A DNA stretch of 64,000 nt, taken from Octopus sinensis (Eukaryota). The notes below the pieces were generated by a model, which did not search any database, had not been told where the DNA came from, and was given only the letters and a program-made list of their open reading frames with translations. Below, in pieces: positions 42,405 to 59,439 of this stretch. A program made the translations under genes and the position numbers. Each line of letters opens with the position of its first letter. The first letter of the stretch is position 1. The stretch is from NCBI RefSeq assembly GCF_006345805.1, contig NW_021833026.1:828099-892098 (forward strand), read 5' to 3'.

Positions 42405-42949
42405 GTAATAACAGATTAATGGTTAGTTTTTTTCCTAACATTTAAATCGAATTATGAAATGAAACCAAGGTAGTTACTTTGAATAGAGTTAAAAAATGTT
42501 AAGTTTTTTGAATTTTTAGTAATTATCCTCAAGTGTATTGGACGTCTCAAGACCTTGAGAACACACAATCCTCTGGAGACGAGATGGCTCCTCCAGAACG
42601 TGTCCCAAGCAATAGTGAGGGGAAACAGGATCGCCATCAATTGAAGTAGTCTATGGTCGACACAACCATAAATAAATAAGACAATTCACAATAAGATTAT
42701 CTGCAATTATTTTTAATTGTCAGTCAGTAATTAGTGTCAAACTATGTTGGTCATCCTGTTAACCCTGTCAATAAAGGTCGCTCTGGTCGCCAGTGTGGGC
42801 TGCCACATAATAGTTGTACAGTGAGAGAGCGTGTTTATTAATTGCTTTTAACAGGTTCACTCCATTCAGTTTTGTAAAATCACAATTTCGATCATTAGTG
42901 CTAAATTATTTACGATTCATTAACTTATTAACTTCATTAACTCTCTGTC

Positions 42950-43500
42950 GATGGTGCCCATCACTCACTATCCAGTTGAGTCAGACAGCGGTCTTCGTCA
43001 ACGTAGAGGACAGACGAGATTCCTCCCTGGAGTTTACCTCCCAACAGAACAAGAACATGTTAGGCCTATTTAATAACATTGACCAAGACATAGTAAATGC
43101 AGACACCTTTCTAATTAGGCTAATAAAGAATAATGTATTGAGCACATGTACAGACCAATGATGGAGAAAAAGTTCGAGAATTACTGACCACTTCCAGAAA
43201 CAATCTATATTAGACACTCACGGAGCCTGTCAAACGAAATAACACATTCTGAGGTCAAAAGCATTTCACTGTATGAACAACAACAGAGCTTCAGTATGCG
43301 ACGGAGTTCCGTGGGAATTACTCAAATATGCCCCCAATAGCTTAGCCAATCGGGACAGAAATATTAATACCTATTCAGAAACCAGAAATACGAAGAGGAC
43401 CGTCTGGAAACATAAGACCGATAATACTGGTCACCACTCTAAGGAAAACTATCAACTATTATTCGAGGCCGTATATCAAAGTCCGTCGATCGATATCTTT
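42950..43500 (+). mobile_element. Degenerate LINE fragment
   Basis: EVKSISLYEQ/NNRASVCDGVPWELLK resembles the RT domain 0 motif (K.PG.DG..E.LK). Confidence 0.5.
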
Positions 43501-43736
43501 CTTGCAGTCGGAGTGGTTATTTTCAAGAAAATATTTGTAAATCTTATTTTTAATTTGTGACCTAATGAATGTACATTTATTTTTGATAATCATCGATTTT
43601 GAGTGTTAAAACTTCAGCTAAAACAAATTTTTCAAAAATTGTGAATTTAAAGAATTCAAAATTTTAATTAGTTGAATTTTTGGGATACTTGTAAACCTCG
43701 CAATTTATAAATTATTTCAAAACCGACACATTATAA

Positions 43737-43762
43737 TAAATTGTTTGTAAACAACGTGTTTT

Positions 43763-43765
<3 letters not shown>
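43737..43765 (+). promoter_or_regulatory. Candidate ATG-proximal element shared with SNRPA1
   Basis: 26 of 29 nt identical to 18535-18563. Confidence 0.5.
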
Positions 43766-47038
<3,273 letters not shown>

Positions 47039-47169
47039 TCTTGGGGTCTCATTAGTTCTTTGGTCATTTGTCTTATTGTTGTGTTCATTTTTCCTCAAAT
47101 CACATTTCAGACTGTTTATAAAAATTCCAAGGCGAATTTGCTACAAGATGTGGCAGAATGTTAAACAGC

Positions 47170-47630
47170 GATTATTTGCGTCGCCACAATGACGTGGTGA
47201 GGTGCATTCACTTGCACATCTATGGAATAGTCTAGAAAGTTCAAGACCCACTCCGTTCAGTCGGCTGTCTTTAGTGAGGTGGTCGAAATACGGGTGGACA
47301 CAACGATCAAGACGGATAGTAAAGTCAATAATAATAAACCGGACATTTTTGTCTACGGCAAAGTTCGTGACATCATTGCGCTTATCGAAGTATGGATTTC
47401 TTCTCAACAATCTTTGAAGCGTGTGGAAGTAGAGAAATTACATAAATACGATCTTTTGGCAAACGAATTGAGGTTAATCCACAATGTGAATGTCGTACCA
47501 TTGGTTCTCACATGGGATGGAATAACATTGAATTTTACAAGCACTAATAAAACTCCCTACAAGTCCAAGATTTAACACGTGCATATGTTCAGACTATCGT
47601 GATTAAAAAACGCTGGAGAGCATTCGTCCG
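47170..47630 (+). mobile_element. R4-like LINE C-terminus (restriction-like endonuclease)
   Basis: NNKPDIFV..IIALIEV..EVEKLHKYDLL. Confidence 0.7.
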
Positions 47631-47689
47631 GAGTACAAACTCTTACCTACAACAGGGAATCATGCAATCAATGAACGACTAAGTGGAGA

Positions 47690-48133
47690 AAGCAGTCACC
47701 ACGAGACATCAATTCCGAAAGTTGCAAAACATTTTGAGATTAACATACGACGCCCAGCAAGTGAATTATGTGATCGCGAAATGTATGAAGAAACTCAACA
47801 TACTCAGAGTTTTCCTTCGAAAATGCAGACAGTGAACGAGCCTCGCCACTCGCCAAACCGTTTATAAACAGTACATGGAACCACAATCAGCTATGCCTGC
47901 GGAGCGTGGGGAAATACGATCAGCTACACCAACCGGGAAAAAATTTTAAACAAAACTCTAGAATAACCAAACGAAAAACTAAATGTTGCCACTTTTGAGG
48001 ACATCTTGCGAAGAAATGGGGGGACGACATACCCAATGACACACCCGCGCGCCCCTACAGGAAATGTGTGGGAACAAGGGAAAAACGTCAGGGAAAAATG
48101 AGGACCCTCCTTAGAGAAACTAGAATCACCTGA
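47690..48133 (+). mobile_element. LINE 3' fragment (same family as 59440-60126)
   Basis: VYKQYMEP.ISYACGAWG motif. Confidence 0.55.
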
Positions 48134-50784
48134 TTAGTTATTTCGTATTTTCAAAGGGTGATCTTGGTTGAATAATTAAAATAATAACCTAATTATTCTA
48201 TTAACATGGTTGAGTATTAAATTTAATCCTTAGCTATTCAACTTCATCAACTCGAATTACTTCAATCTTTTATGCACATCAAAATATTGTTCAAGGGGAC
48301 AGTGCATATTAATCATGGTATACCTTTTTTGACATTTTTCAAGGCACTCACCGGAATTTCAGTCATTTTAATAATGTCGATCTCTTCCCACTTTTCCATT
48401 GTTTTTGAATGTCAAGGAATTTGTAAAATAATAACATTCCCGTGTGAATATCCCTTTAAGTTTTATTTCACATTCACTGCTATTTTAGCTTACAGTTCTT
48501 TGTTTTTGTAAATAAATGTCAGTACCCCTTCATATTGGAACCACTTTTTCCATTTCCTTTACACTTTTATTGCTTGGCTTGTTTGTTGAACATGATTTAC
48601 TGTCTAATGAAAATTGTGGTCTATCCATTTTTCACAGAAGTTTGTAGAGATATGCTGCCCAGAAAATATGTACTATTCAATTTTTTAAATTTAGGACATA
48701 CTAGCCTGCTTTGTGCTGATCATTTGCTGGATTCTCGTAAGTATTCGTTGGACACGGTTCATGAATGTTTTGTACAATTTGCCTAGTTCAGTCTATGCGT
48801 GTAACAACTACGGAAATAATTGTCGGGTTTTGCAACCTCCCAGTATTACGAGGATGCAAGCGTCTTTGGTATGTTCAGTCGGAAAATATTCTAGTTGTGC
48901 GTCTTTATGATTTCATTTCTGCTGATCACCAATTTTTGTCATTTACTCATTAAATTGTTCCGGGAAGATTATTTTAACAAGCAAATTATCCTTAATCAAG
49001 ACACTCCCTAAACAATATTTTTAATTTAATTTTCCATTTTTTGAGAACAACTTACCTGTACATTTACTTGTTACCTAATACAAACACAACACAAGTTGTC
49101 TTGGACCCACAAGAGGAGAATCGAGGAAGCTCAATTAAGAGCGTACAGATTAACTGAACGTTGTCTAACACCAAGCGAGGATGAGGCCGGTTGTGTAGTG
49201 CATCGGCATCATGTGACTATTTTGTTCGGTTTTCACCATGGTTTTAATGAATATAGCGATTTATATGGAATAGTGTATACAAGTCAATAATTCCATTAAA
49301 AATTGAATTATCCTTTTTAAATTGTGTGGCTGATCTATTAGCAAGTCAAATTGAGTTCCTAGAAGAATTTGAATTTGTCGATAATTTCAAAAAAACCTTA
49401 TCGGTAAAAACAAAGTTAGTTTCTGTCATAGGAAAGATAAAAAAAGATCAAATTCTTGACTAAAAAAGAATATGAGGACTTAAATACCAATCAGACACTA
49501 AAAGAGGAAATTTATTATTATAAAACATTTATAGTAAAAAAAGTTTTTGCTGTGATTGGTTATGCTTGACCCATCTGATACTGAATATCTGATTTGTAGT
49601 GCCGAAACTAGCACAAAACCTATAAAAATTACGGCCAAGTAAGATTTGCAGACTCGTGTTTTGTGCTAGTCATCTCTATCTAGAAACAAACTCAAAAATA
49701 AATGGGGTTAACGCAATTATCTCCTCTGTTAATGTTGAGATTAATTTTGTCTTTTTTTTCGGACTTTTGCTCTTTTAAAAATAAACATTTTGAGATAAAA
49801 GAAATAACTTCACAAATCGACTCCTATGAGAATGGAAGACCTCTTGATGTTATATGGACGATCAGATGAAGAAATGAAGGCAAGGCCCACACGTCCACTA
49901 CGCGCTTGCGCGAGTACTCGTGAGGAAAATCGGGCCAAAATGAGGAGTTTCCTCGTGCGTGTCGGGATCACGGAATGTTACCTTTTCTGTGTTTTGTGTT
50001 CCTAATGTGAACTGTTCTTCACTCAAAAATAAAGTGTGATTGCTTATGTGGTATTATAAAGTACTATAGCTCTCGTGAAAAGACTGTATTATGGCTTCAA
50101 TCCAATTGACCATGTATGGAAAAAATGATACTAAATTATCACAAAATCCGACAAAAATTAAAATATTTAAAGATTATTAAAACATGGGAGGGAATACCGA
50201 GTAGATATGTAGAAATTTCAGTCGTATCAATTAAAAAAAGTGTAGAAGTTTGTGAAAAACTTGAAAAATTAAATTATTTTTTTAAATGGAGAAAGTAGTC
50301 ATCACGAGACATCAATGAAACTTGTCGAGGACATGGACGCTGTATCCCGACCCATGAGTGTGGCAGAAGATGGTGAATTGGAGGCAAAGAGGAGATAGCC
50401 GGAACCAATAGTATCTCCACTTTAGTTAATTTACTAATTTAAACATTTAATAAAATTAATTTTAAGAATTTTATGGAACACGTTTTATAATTCCATATGT
50501 GTTTGGTCACGTTTGCAAATCATTTTTAAACAAATTCCATTTGATAAACTTGAAAAAAATTGAGACATCTTTTCAAATATTTTTTTCCGGTTGAGCCTTG
50601 TAAATATGTCAGTTTATTTAGCAACCTTCTATCATAAATAAAACTGGTATGACAAATTAACTGTCGGCAAACTTGAATGTTCCCAATTTTGAACTTCTCA
50701 TAAAATTCGTAAATTAATCTGAAGAATTTTATAACTTGTTGAATTTTTTCCGAGGCCAATTTATAAACTTCTACTCTAAAAATA

Positions 50785-52323
50785 CACTCCATGTAATAAA
50801 AAACCGGATTTTCAAGTTTGCATGTTTTTACTAGTATTTTTTTAAATGTATATCAATTTTTAAATTACTTTTCAGCAATCGTTTGTTGTATCTTTTTACT
50901 ATTTTTAAATTTTTTTTTTTTTTTAAATACATTTTTTTTTTTTAAATACTTTTCAGCAATCGTTTGTTGTATCTTTTTACTATTTAAAAAAATTTTTTTT
51001 TTTATTTTTAAAATTATAATGTATATTTGAGTAATTGATCTTGATAAAATCTTAGCGTGTATTAAAAAACCGGATTTTTTTGATTAGTCGTTGCTAAGCC
51101 AATTTTTAGGTATTTAAAAATGCTTGATAAAATCACAAGGAAAGACTCTAGCTCTCATTCAATTAAATGGACACAAAAGAAGATTGTTGAGGAGCTGAAT
51201 ATTCCAACTTCGACTCTCAATGATTTTCTGAATAAGTTAAATAAAAAAGGGACTGTTGATCGTATACCTGGTTCTGGAAGACCCAAAAAGCTCTCTAACT
51301 CAGATATTTGTAAACTTGTCAACATTGTGAAAGAAAATCCAAAAAAACACTGGCCAACCTGAAAGAAGAAGTCTTCGATTTTACAGGAAAAGTTGTCTGC
51401 AAAAAAACAATAAGCAATTATCTACATGAAAATCATTACAAAGCATGTGTGTGTAAAAGAAAACCTTTTTTAGCAAAAAAAATAGTGAAAAACAATACGA
51501 GCTTTCAATAATCTTTTCTGCTATAAGCAATGAAACGTGGAGAACTGTTATATAGCCTGACGAGGCTTCCTTTGAAATTTTTTCATCTAAAAAAATAAAA
51601 TTTTGCTTTAGAAAAAAATAAAGCCTTAAATTATGCCCATTTAACTCCAACTTTGAAGTTTGGTGGTGGAAGAATTATGGTATGGGGTTGTATCTCCTAT
51701 CATGGAAAGGGGAATTTGGTTATAGTAAATGAAAAAATAAATTCTGCTGTATATATCAACATTTTAATAAATAATTTGTGAAAATCAGTAGATAAAATGG
51801 GGCTAAATCGTTTTATTTTCCAATAAGATTTGGCCCCCTGTCATAATTCACGAAGAACAAAACAATTTTTGAATGAGAAAAAATTGAATTATTAAATTGG
51901 GCAATACAATCACCAGATTTGAACCCAATTGAACATGTGTGGAGCTACATAAAGGAAGAATTGAGTAAAAAAATGCTGCATAGTAAAAAAGATTTATGCG
52001 AAAATATCATAAAAATTTGGGACGAAATACCAATGGAATTTGTGAGAAAATTAACTGAAAGCATGCCAAAAAGAAGCATTGAGCTTTATAAGGCAAATAG
52101 AGGACACATTAATTATTAATCATTTGACTTTTTTTCTAATCCGGTTTTTTTTACACAGAAAAAAATTAATATAATCAGTTTAGCTGTACAAAAAGATTAT
52201 TGAAAAATTATAAAAAGAAAAGTTACGAAGATTATCATTATAAATTAAAAAAAAGTCTAAAATTAAAAACAGAATATCAAAAAATTAAGCATTTGAAAAT
52301 CCGGTTTTTTATTACATGGAGTG
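50785..52323 (+). mobile_element. Full-length degenerate Tc1 element with IR/DR-type ends
   Basis: TA TSD; TIR CACTCCATGTAATAAAAAACCGG with inner AAAAACCGGATT repeats; GSGRPKKL, GGGRIMVWGC and SPDLNPIEHVW; multiple stops and frameshifts. Confidence 0.9.
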
Positions 52324-53766
52324 TATCCTTAATGATTATTGTAATATTGATTGAAATAAAATAAACACCAGTTGTCTATTCTTTGTAATATTTTTAATAT
52401 TTCAAGGGCTCATAAGCACTCCAAAACATCAAATCACGAAGTCTTCATTACACAGAATCGCACAAGTTCCCGACGTGGAACGTTAAAGGATTAATTAAGG
52501 GGATACTTAGTCTTAAAACGGGAAATAAGTCGACTTAATTGGATAACCTAGTCTAACTTCCCGAGTAGTGACAAAATACATGAGAGATAAAAAATTTTTG
52601 ATCGGTATTAAAAAATTCGCCGAAAAAGTTGAAATATTTGAAAATTAAATAATTCGCAATATTGGAGTCAATACCGAATGGATAGCCAGAAAATGTATTT
52701 ATGTCAACGAAATAAATAAATAAATAAAATGTCAACGAAAAGAAAAATTGCGGAAGTTTGTAAAAAAACTTAAAAAATTAAATTATAAGCTTTTCTAATC
52801 TTAATGTTAATGCCAAAGAGGCATGTTTTTCAATCTAAAAACACTGATTCTGCATCAATTTTTTTAGATTCCGTTTTATTTCACCAGTTTAATAAAGCAC
52901 CAACTTAACTCATCATTCTAATCATCTGTTTATTTTTTTCAGAAAACACTTTCAGATCATCTATTCACTGTAGGAGATTTATCACTCGGACTGCCTAGCA
53001 TTTTGAGCAGCGCCCAGATAGATAACAAATAATACAGACGATAAGGTGTCGCCTTTTGGAATATAAATTTCTATTCCAGTGGATTTACAGATACACAAGT
53101 CTGGGAACTTTTAACTATTTCTTGCATGGTTTCTCTACATTCTACGTTTTTCTTTGTAGTTTTAATACAATTGGTCCTTGTTTTATAGGAATATCTCGAC
53201 GAAATCAGACTGCATTGTTATTTACCTAAATGCCAGGTCTCTTATAAAGTATGAGTATTAGGCACAATCGATTGAATAGTATGTTTTTACTTTTTTAATT
53301 GTTTTATTCAGAACTTGCGACAAATGTGTAAATGAAAATCATGTAGCAAAGATCCACAGTCTTGAAACCAGCAATGATTAAAAAAGTTGCACAACATATG
53401 AGACGTAAATAAATAAATTTAATGACATCAAAGCAATTGTTAGCTACTACAATGCCTCCAAACAATTTTTCAGCAATTATTTAAACCAGAATAGGCTTGA
53501 CTTGCAAAAATGCTTATTTTGATATCTGTTAAAAAGAATAGAAAACAAATTATTCCACAAATCGTTCAAAAGTTAAATATTGCCATCTGCATTTTAATAT
53601 CGTTTGATTCATCAATTCATTCACATTTTATTCATAGTCAAATGTTGTTTCAAATTATCTTAAGAATAATATTGGCTATTTATTGATAAATATTCCAAAA
53701 CAAAACAGGTTAAAAAGGATCCTTAAAGAAAAGAGACAATAAATATATGTAAAAAGTAATATAAAA

Positions 53767-56403
53767 TCAAGAAAGACTGTCAATCAAATCACGAAAGGAG
53801 CAAACCAAGCGATGAACAAGTGAGTGATTGCCAATAGCCGACTATTATGAGGAGAAGACAATACCTCATCAAACTCATTTCTCAACATTCTACTAAGCCT
53901 CTCAATTATTGACTGAGTGGAAGAGAGAAAATTCCTCAGAGAATAATTAGCAGTAACCCTTTCAGCATAATACTTGCAGCCTGGCAGTTATAAGAGAACT
54001 CATACACTCCAACAAGTCACAGCATCTCTCCTCGACGGACTGGACAGTGCTGACACAGGCAGTCCACCCTTGGATGTGGAGTTGATGGTTCAAACACTTG
54101 CTCATATATTCCAACAACTATAATCAGCCACCACCCCACCACCAATAAATACTCCTCTGCACAAAAACAAGAGCCATCCACCACTTTCCTCTGCAGAGTG
54201 GACAGTGTGGCATAGAGGAGGAGACCGTCCTTTCCGTCCTCCACACACGTCTTTTCGTGACGAACACACAACTCCATCAATTTGGCTGTGTGGTCTCCAC
54301 TCGGGAGGGAGGCCAAGGACAACAAGATTTCGAGATCTCTGAATTTGTGGTTTATATCAAGGAGTCGTTGATATGCTTGAATGGCCAGACTGACCTGAGT
54401 GGTGTCGACAGTGAGCTGGAATACTGAGACGAGGGGAGTACATATAACACATTCTCCCACACTTTGGGGTTGTCGTAGTCCAGACGGGCTGCCTCCTGGG
54501 CCATTCGAATGCACCTCTTCTTACTACGAGTAGACAGACACAAATACTCGGTGTCGTACTGCATTACACACACTGACAAATTGGTCCACGCTTTGGAACT
54601 CTACAATATTGACAGACAGACCTCGTTCTCTATTCGAATGCAGGCCAGGAAGCATTTGGCGGCCTCTTTGAAGAGGACTCGGCCATGCAGGCACAGCCAT
54701 AGGAAAACCAGACATAGTACTGCATTACTAACACCACCAACCATCAACGAATTAATTTCCACTGCTCGACGGAAGTAGGGAATGGACTCCTTGGTTTGTG
54801 TCCGGTGGAAGTGCAGAAATGCCAGTCCTCGCTGAGCCGCCCCGGACTTGTGCCCCGACAGTTCCCAGGCTCGGTGGTAGTGCTCAGCCTCCTTGGTCAC
54901 ACACCCCAAGTAGCACAACAGAGCAGGCGTCTCCTTTTCTGCAATCCGCCGTCTTATCAACTCCTCTGCCTACAATAAAGGACTGCCCGACCTTCGCTCT
55001 CTGCTCGAGGTGTCCATAACACTCGATGAGGTCATCCCACTTCTCCAGACTCTCCAACAACTCGAGGGCGGAGGAGTACAGTCCTCCACTCATATAAACA
55101 CGACATAATTTGCACTACAGTCAGACCCCCGCGTACTCTAATGCAGTAGAGGGAGGGTGGACGAATCGAAAAGAAGTGTGCCAGGGTGAATGCTGTACTT
55201 CGAGGTTTGACCAACTCCTGCCAATGTGAGCACAGGCCACCTCCAGTTGCATCAATGCTCTCTGAATTCTGTTGGGGGAGGACAGTTCGACCAGACACCG
55301 AGTGAAGAGGACTGCCGCGTGGGCAAACACGTTCAAATCGAGACTCAGGAGGGTCTGTGGGTGAGAGGACACAATACTTGGCAATATGCAGACACAATCA
55401 TGTCCTGAGTGGCATCCCGAGCTCGCCGACTCAGTTCATGTCGACTGGATGTTAATCAGGCACATACGCTTCGAAGAGGACGAGGGCCACTTCGGAGGGG
55501 GACAGAAAGGGGACTGGGGGCATCTCCACTGAAGGCTTCATTTTCTCCAGGAGAACGTCGTCATTGAGGGGAATATCCTGAATGGGGGAGGGGGAATGTG
55601 GGGGGAATGGAGGGACTGTGTCGGCAGATCGACGAATGAGCACCACCAGCTGGGTCACGTCGAATGTTTGGTGGAGAGTAGTCCGCCCAGGCACACCTGA
55701 GGGTCACCACAACACCCGACCAGTCGACTCGACCGTGATCTCCTTCTTTTGGTGGATGGTTTGGAGAACTTTGTTCAGTTTGTCCCATTCGAAGTATTCC
55801 TCGTAGATATATCCCATCTCCAACAAAAAGTCCAACTCGGTGGTGCCCTCCTGGGACATGAAACAGGGATATTCGGGGGAGTGGGTGACTGGGCATTACA
55901 CAGACACTCACTTGAGTCGACCAAGTGGAGGCATTTGTCCTTCAAGAGGGGGGACAGTTCAGAGAGAGTGCTTTGGAGAAGAACGAGCACTCGCAGTCTC
56001 CACAACATCATTCTCTACTCTTAGGCATGTGCATTACAGTCGACTGGGATGGCTGGTTCACCAACAGATAGGCCACTGAGAGGGCGGGAAAATTATATCC
56101 TGGAGTGAGGTTCTCTCCGTTTGAACATAGGAGGGCTTCCATTGAATGTGAGTCAATCTGGGCTATAAATGTGGTCTTTTACTTTGATGGGGAATGGGGG
56201 TGCCTCTTTAGGCCTGGTGGAATAGTTATGTGTGATGAACTCACAGACACATTCCTTTACTGCCTCGACGAGGTCTCTACGAATACCACAAGAGAGTACG
56301 TGCTCTGGTTGAGTGCAATAAATGATTTGATGTGTTCCTCTATTTCCTCCACTGTGCTCTCTGTGGGAGGCAATCCCGCAAAAAGTTGATTAAGGTGAAT
56401 CAT
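53767..56403 (-). CDS. TTC27: Tetratricopeptide repeat protein 27 (Emw1-like)
   Basis: G.PGRTTLHQTFDVTQL, IPLNDDVLLE, RALMQLE, SALELLESLEKWDD, LLCYLG..HYHRAWELS..SGAAQRGL and YDNPKVWEN. Confidence 0.85.
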
Positions 56404-56465
56404 CTGGTTGTGCACGTGATAAAGAAATATTATTTGAATAAATATAATTAAAATATTAATTATTT

Positions 56466-56973
56466 TTAATTTTCTTCCAGTTCTATGAGAACACCGTGGC
56501 AATCCTTTGGGTGGAGGAAAATAACTCTACTTCCGTGAGCCCCAATGAAGGGCTTCCGTGATATCGTCCTCACGCCATTATTTCTCAGTCTGGTGACAAA
56601 CTCGTCCAGACTGGGAACCTTCGAGTCACCAAGAGAGAAATACGCCCAGGCAAATGTGATGGAGTCCCTTTTTCTGCTGGACAAACCGAGATATTGGACT
56701 GTCGTCGCCCAGTGGACAAATGAACTGGAATCAGTGGGCAAACCAACCTCGACTTGTGTGTTTAACGAGTTGTTAAAGCAGACTTTTACTCTCTGCGAAG
56801 TGACTGGCTGGGGTGAGGGAGTGGAATATTACAGTGAAGAGGGGGGTGGTCAGTGAGAGGAGGTGGTGGAGAATACTCCCGATTTGTTGGGGGGAGGGCA
56901 CTGCAATGGCCACGTGTTTAAGTTGAGTGATTCCTGTGGAGGACAGAGTGCGGGAAATGACACAGGTAAACAT
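56466..56973 (-). CDS. MCEE: Methylmalonyl-CoA epimerase
   Basis: LKHVAIAVP, GLHHICL and IGAHGSRVIFLHPKDCHGVLIELEE; three tiny introns. Confidence 0.92.
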
Positions 56974-57099
56974 GTTCGAGCAAAATAATCAGTCTTTGTT
57001 TATTAAACTAATTAATTTAAGATAAATCAAAATTAATATTTTTAATAGTACAAGTTATTCAAACTGACTTGTATTGTTGTTAATATATTCGTATAAATC

Positions 57100-57602
57100 A
57101 TGTCGCCGACAGACACTTTTGAGGTGGAAAGCATTAAGGATAAGAAGGTGGTCAACGGCATCACCCACTATTTGGTCAAGTGGAAGGGGCTCCCCAGGTA
57201 TTCCGCAATGTCATTTCAGCGACAAAAACACGTGGGAGGCGGAATGTGGCATGTTCTCCCCTAACCTCATCAAAAAATATGAAAATAAATGCAAACAGAT
57301 TAAGCGGGCCAAAAAAGCAAAGTCGGCCAGTTCAAGTGTGAGGAGACTTGTGGAAGTGAGTCCCACTGGACTGGAGGGGGAGACGGGTTTTAATCGAGGC
57401 CTTCTCCCCGAGAGGATTGTCGAACTGCAGAAAATAGAGGGAAGGCCAATGTTCCTGATGAAGTGGTATCCAACCCTGTCGATTGTGCAGGAAGTCGAGT
57501 ACTCCCCTCTACGACCTGATTCCTGTGTCGGTGGCGAATGCTCGGTGTCCGCAGACGGTCATCTCCTTCTACGAGTCCCGACTGGGTTACTATTGCCAAT
57601 AA
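57100..57602 (+). CDS. HP1/CBX chromo- plus chromoshadow-domain protein
   Basis: FEVESI..YLVKWKG..NTWE and GFNRGLLPERI..MFLMKW|K..ANARCPQTVISFYESRL. Confidence 0.9.
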
Positions 57603-57760
57603 AGTGTGTTTGTTGGGTGTGTCATGTGGCGTGTGTGATCGATAATTGCATAACTCTGTCATATATATAGCCGTAGTGTCGTCCACTCCACCACAGAGTA
57701 GTTTTATTATTATTAATGTTCATTTAGTAGTGATGACTGTTATTCGAATATGTTTAGGTC

Positions 57761-58381
57761 ATGGAAGATGACGGAATCAATTCCCGTTATTCCTTTGACG
57801 ACTCCTTCTACTTCCCCATCACACAGGAGACCGAGGACTACCCCCTTTGGCCACACGACAGTCACTTTCTGCAGTACCCACAACTCCCCGAATGGCCCTA
57901 TTTCCTCGACTCGAGTGACACCTTCTGCAAACAGGAGGACGTGCCCGAACACACAGACAGGGACTACCGGGAGAAGAGGATGAAGAACAACGAAGTACTC
58001 CCCCCTGCCCAACCAGGCTGCCAGGAAGTCCCGGGAGAAGAGGCGGTATAAGGACAACCTCATGTCCTTCAACCACTCTGTGTTGAGTGAGCAGTTGGGG
58101 CAGTTGACGTCTTTGTGGGACACCATGCAGAACCACCACTACTTGCTGGCCAACCAGACCGTCGTCTCGGATGTGCTGTTCAAGAACCAGGACATGGGGC
58201 CGCACGAGTGCAGAGTGCTCCTCGACAGAGAGAAGGACAAGGTGTGTGCTCATTCACATTCCAGTTGGACTACTCCATCCAAACCAATAAAATGCGCATG
58301 GCCGACGACACTTTCTACAGCCAACCAGACATGCCAAAGCCTGATTTGACTGACCTTTATTTTGATAATATATTTTTCTAA
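57761..58381 (+). CDS. NFIL3/vrille-like bZIP transcription factor
   Basis: YREKRMKNNE|AARKSREKRRYKD basic region after removing a 22-nt intron. Confidence 0.8.
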
Positions 58382-58384
58382 GAC

Positions 58385-59405
58385 ATTTTCATAGTTCTCT
58401 GTGGACTGAAATGGTTTGCAATGACTGAAACGGCTGTTTTTGTATGGGTGAGGAAATGACATGGTCTGATTCCATGACCGCACTGAGGAATTGCAGGTTC
58501 CGGATGCGAAGGTGATCTTCCACAGGGAGAATGGTGGTTTCCAGTGGAGATGGTCGGAAGGAGTGAATAACATGCATCCGGCAATTGATCGGAAAGCACC
58601 ATTTTGGATCCTTTGGAGTTTTTGAATGTTGCTGGATGAAAGAGAGGAGCCCCAAGTGAGGCTAGCGTAGTTAAGGGAGGTCCTGACATATTGTTTGTAG
58701 ATTATTCTTAGCGTTTCTTTGTCTTGACCGAAGGAGGATCCGGCCACTGCACGGAAGGCATTCCTCTTTTTGTTTACTTTTTTGATTATGTGGTCAACAT
58801 GAGGGGAGAAGGTAAGAGGTTGGTCGTAGATCAGTTTTTGAGATGGGGAGGCGTTCTCCAAAGATTTTCAACTCTGGATGCTGGTCTAGCTGGCGACGGT
58901 CACTGGTGAAGAACGTAACACTGGACTTGGAAGGAGAGGGTGGTTGGTTACAAGCCAAGACTTCAATAAATCCAGATGAGTTTGTAGGCCTGTGGAAGCA
59001 GTTGAAATGTTCTTGTTTCTAGCCGCCAAGATCAAATCAGCAGCATAAGACAGGATCAAAGTGTCTTCCAGCTTAGGCAAACTGCTCAGGTGGAGGTTAA
59101 ACGAGACCGGGGAGAGAGCCGATCCTTGCGGGACTCCATTCGGTAAGTATCGACATGAACAAAGTGCGACCCAGTCTGCCGGATATGAACGACTTGAGCC
59201 ATTTTTGAATCATTGGGGGAATGTTCGTCGCTGTAATATTGTTTGAAAGAACATGACGGGAAGTCTTGTCGAAGGCTTCTGCAATGTCGATCGTGGCCAG
59301 AATTGTGCGAAGTGGAGGTTTGTTGTCATTAAAACCATCCGCAATAAAGTCCGTTAGTTTTGTTAGGTGCGTAGAGGTGGAGTGAGATGGGCGAAACCAG
59401 GTTGG
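58385..59405 (-). mobile_element. Jockey/I-like LINE RT fragment
   Basis: FRPSHST, IDIAEAFD, GVPQGSALSP, YAAD and IIYKQYVR..YAS.TW. Confidence 0.8.
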
Positions 59406-59439
59406 TGTGCGGATATATGTGATCCAAAATGAATCTCCC

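Noticed and set aside
50850-51010. Internal repeat and poly-T tracts
   Set aside because: Slippage duplication within the Tc1 left end; not a separate element.
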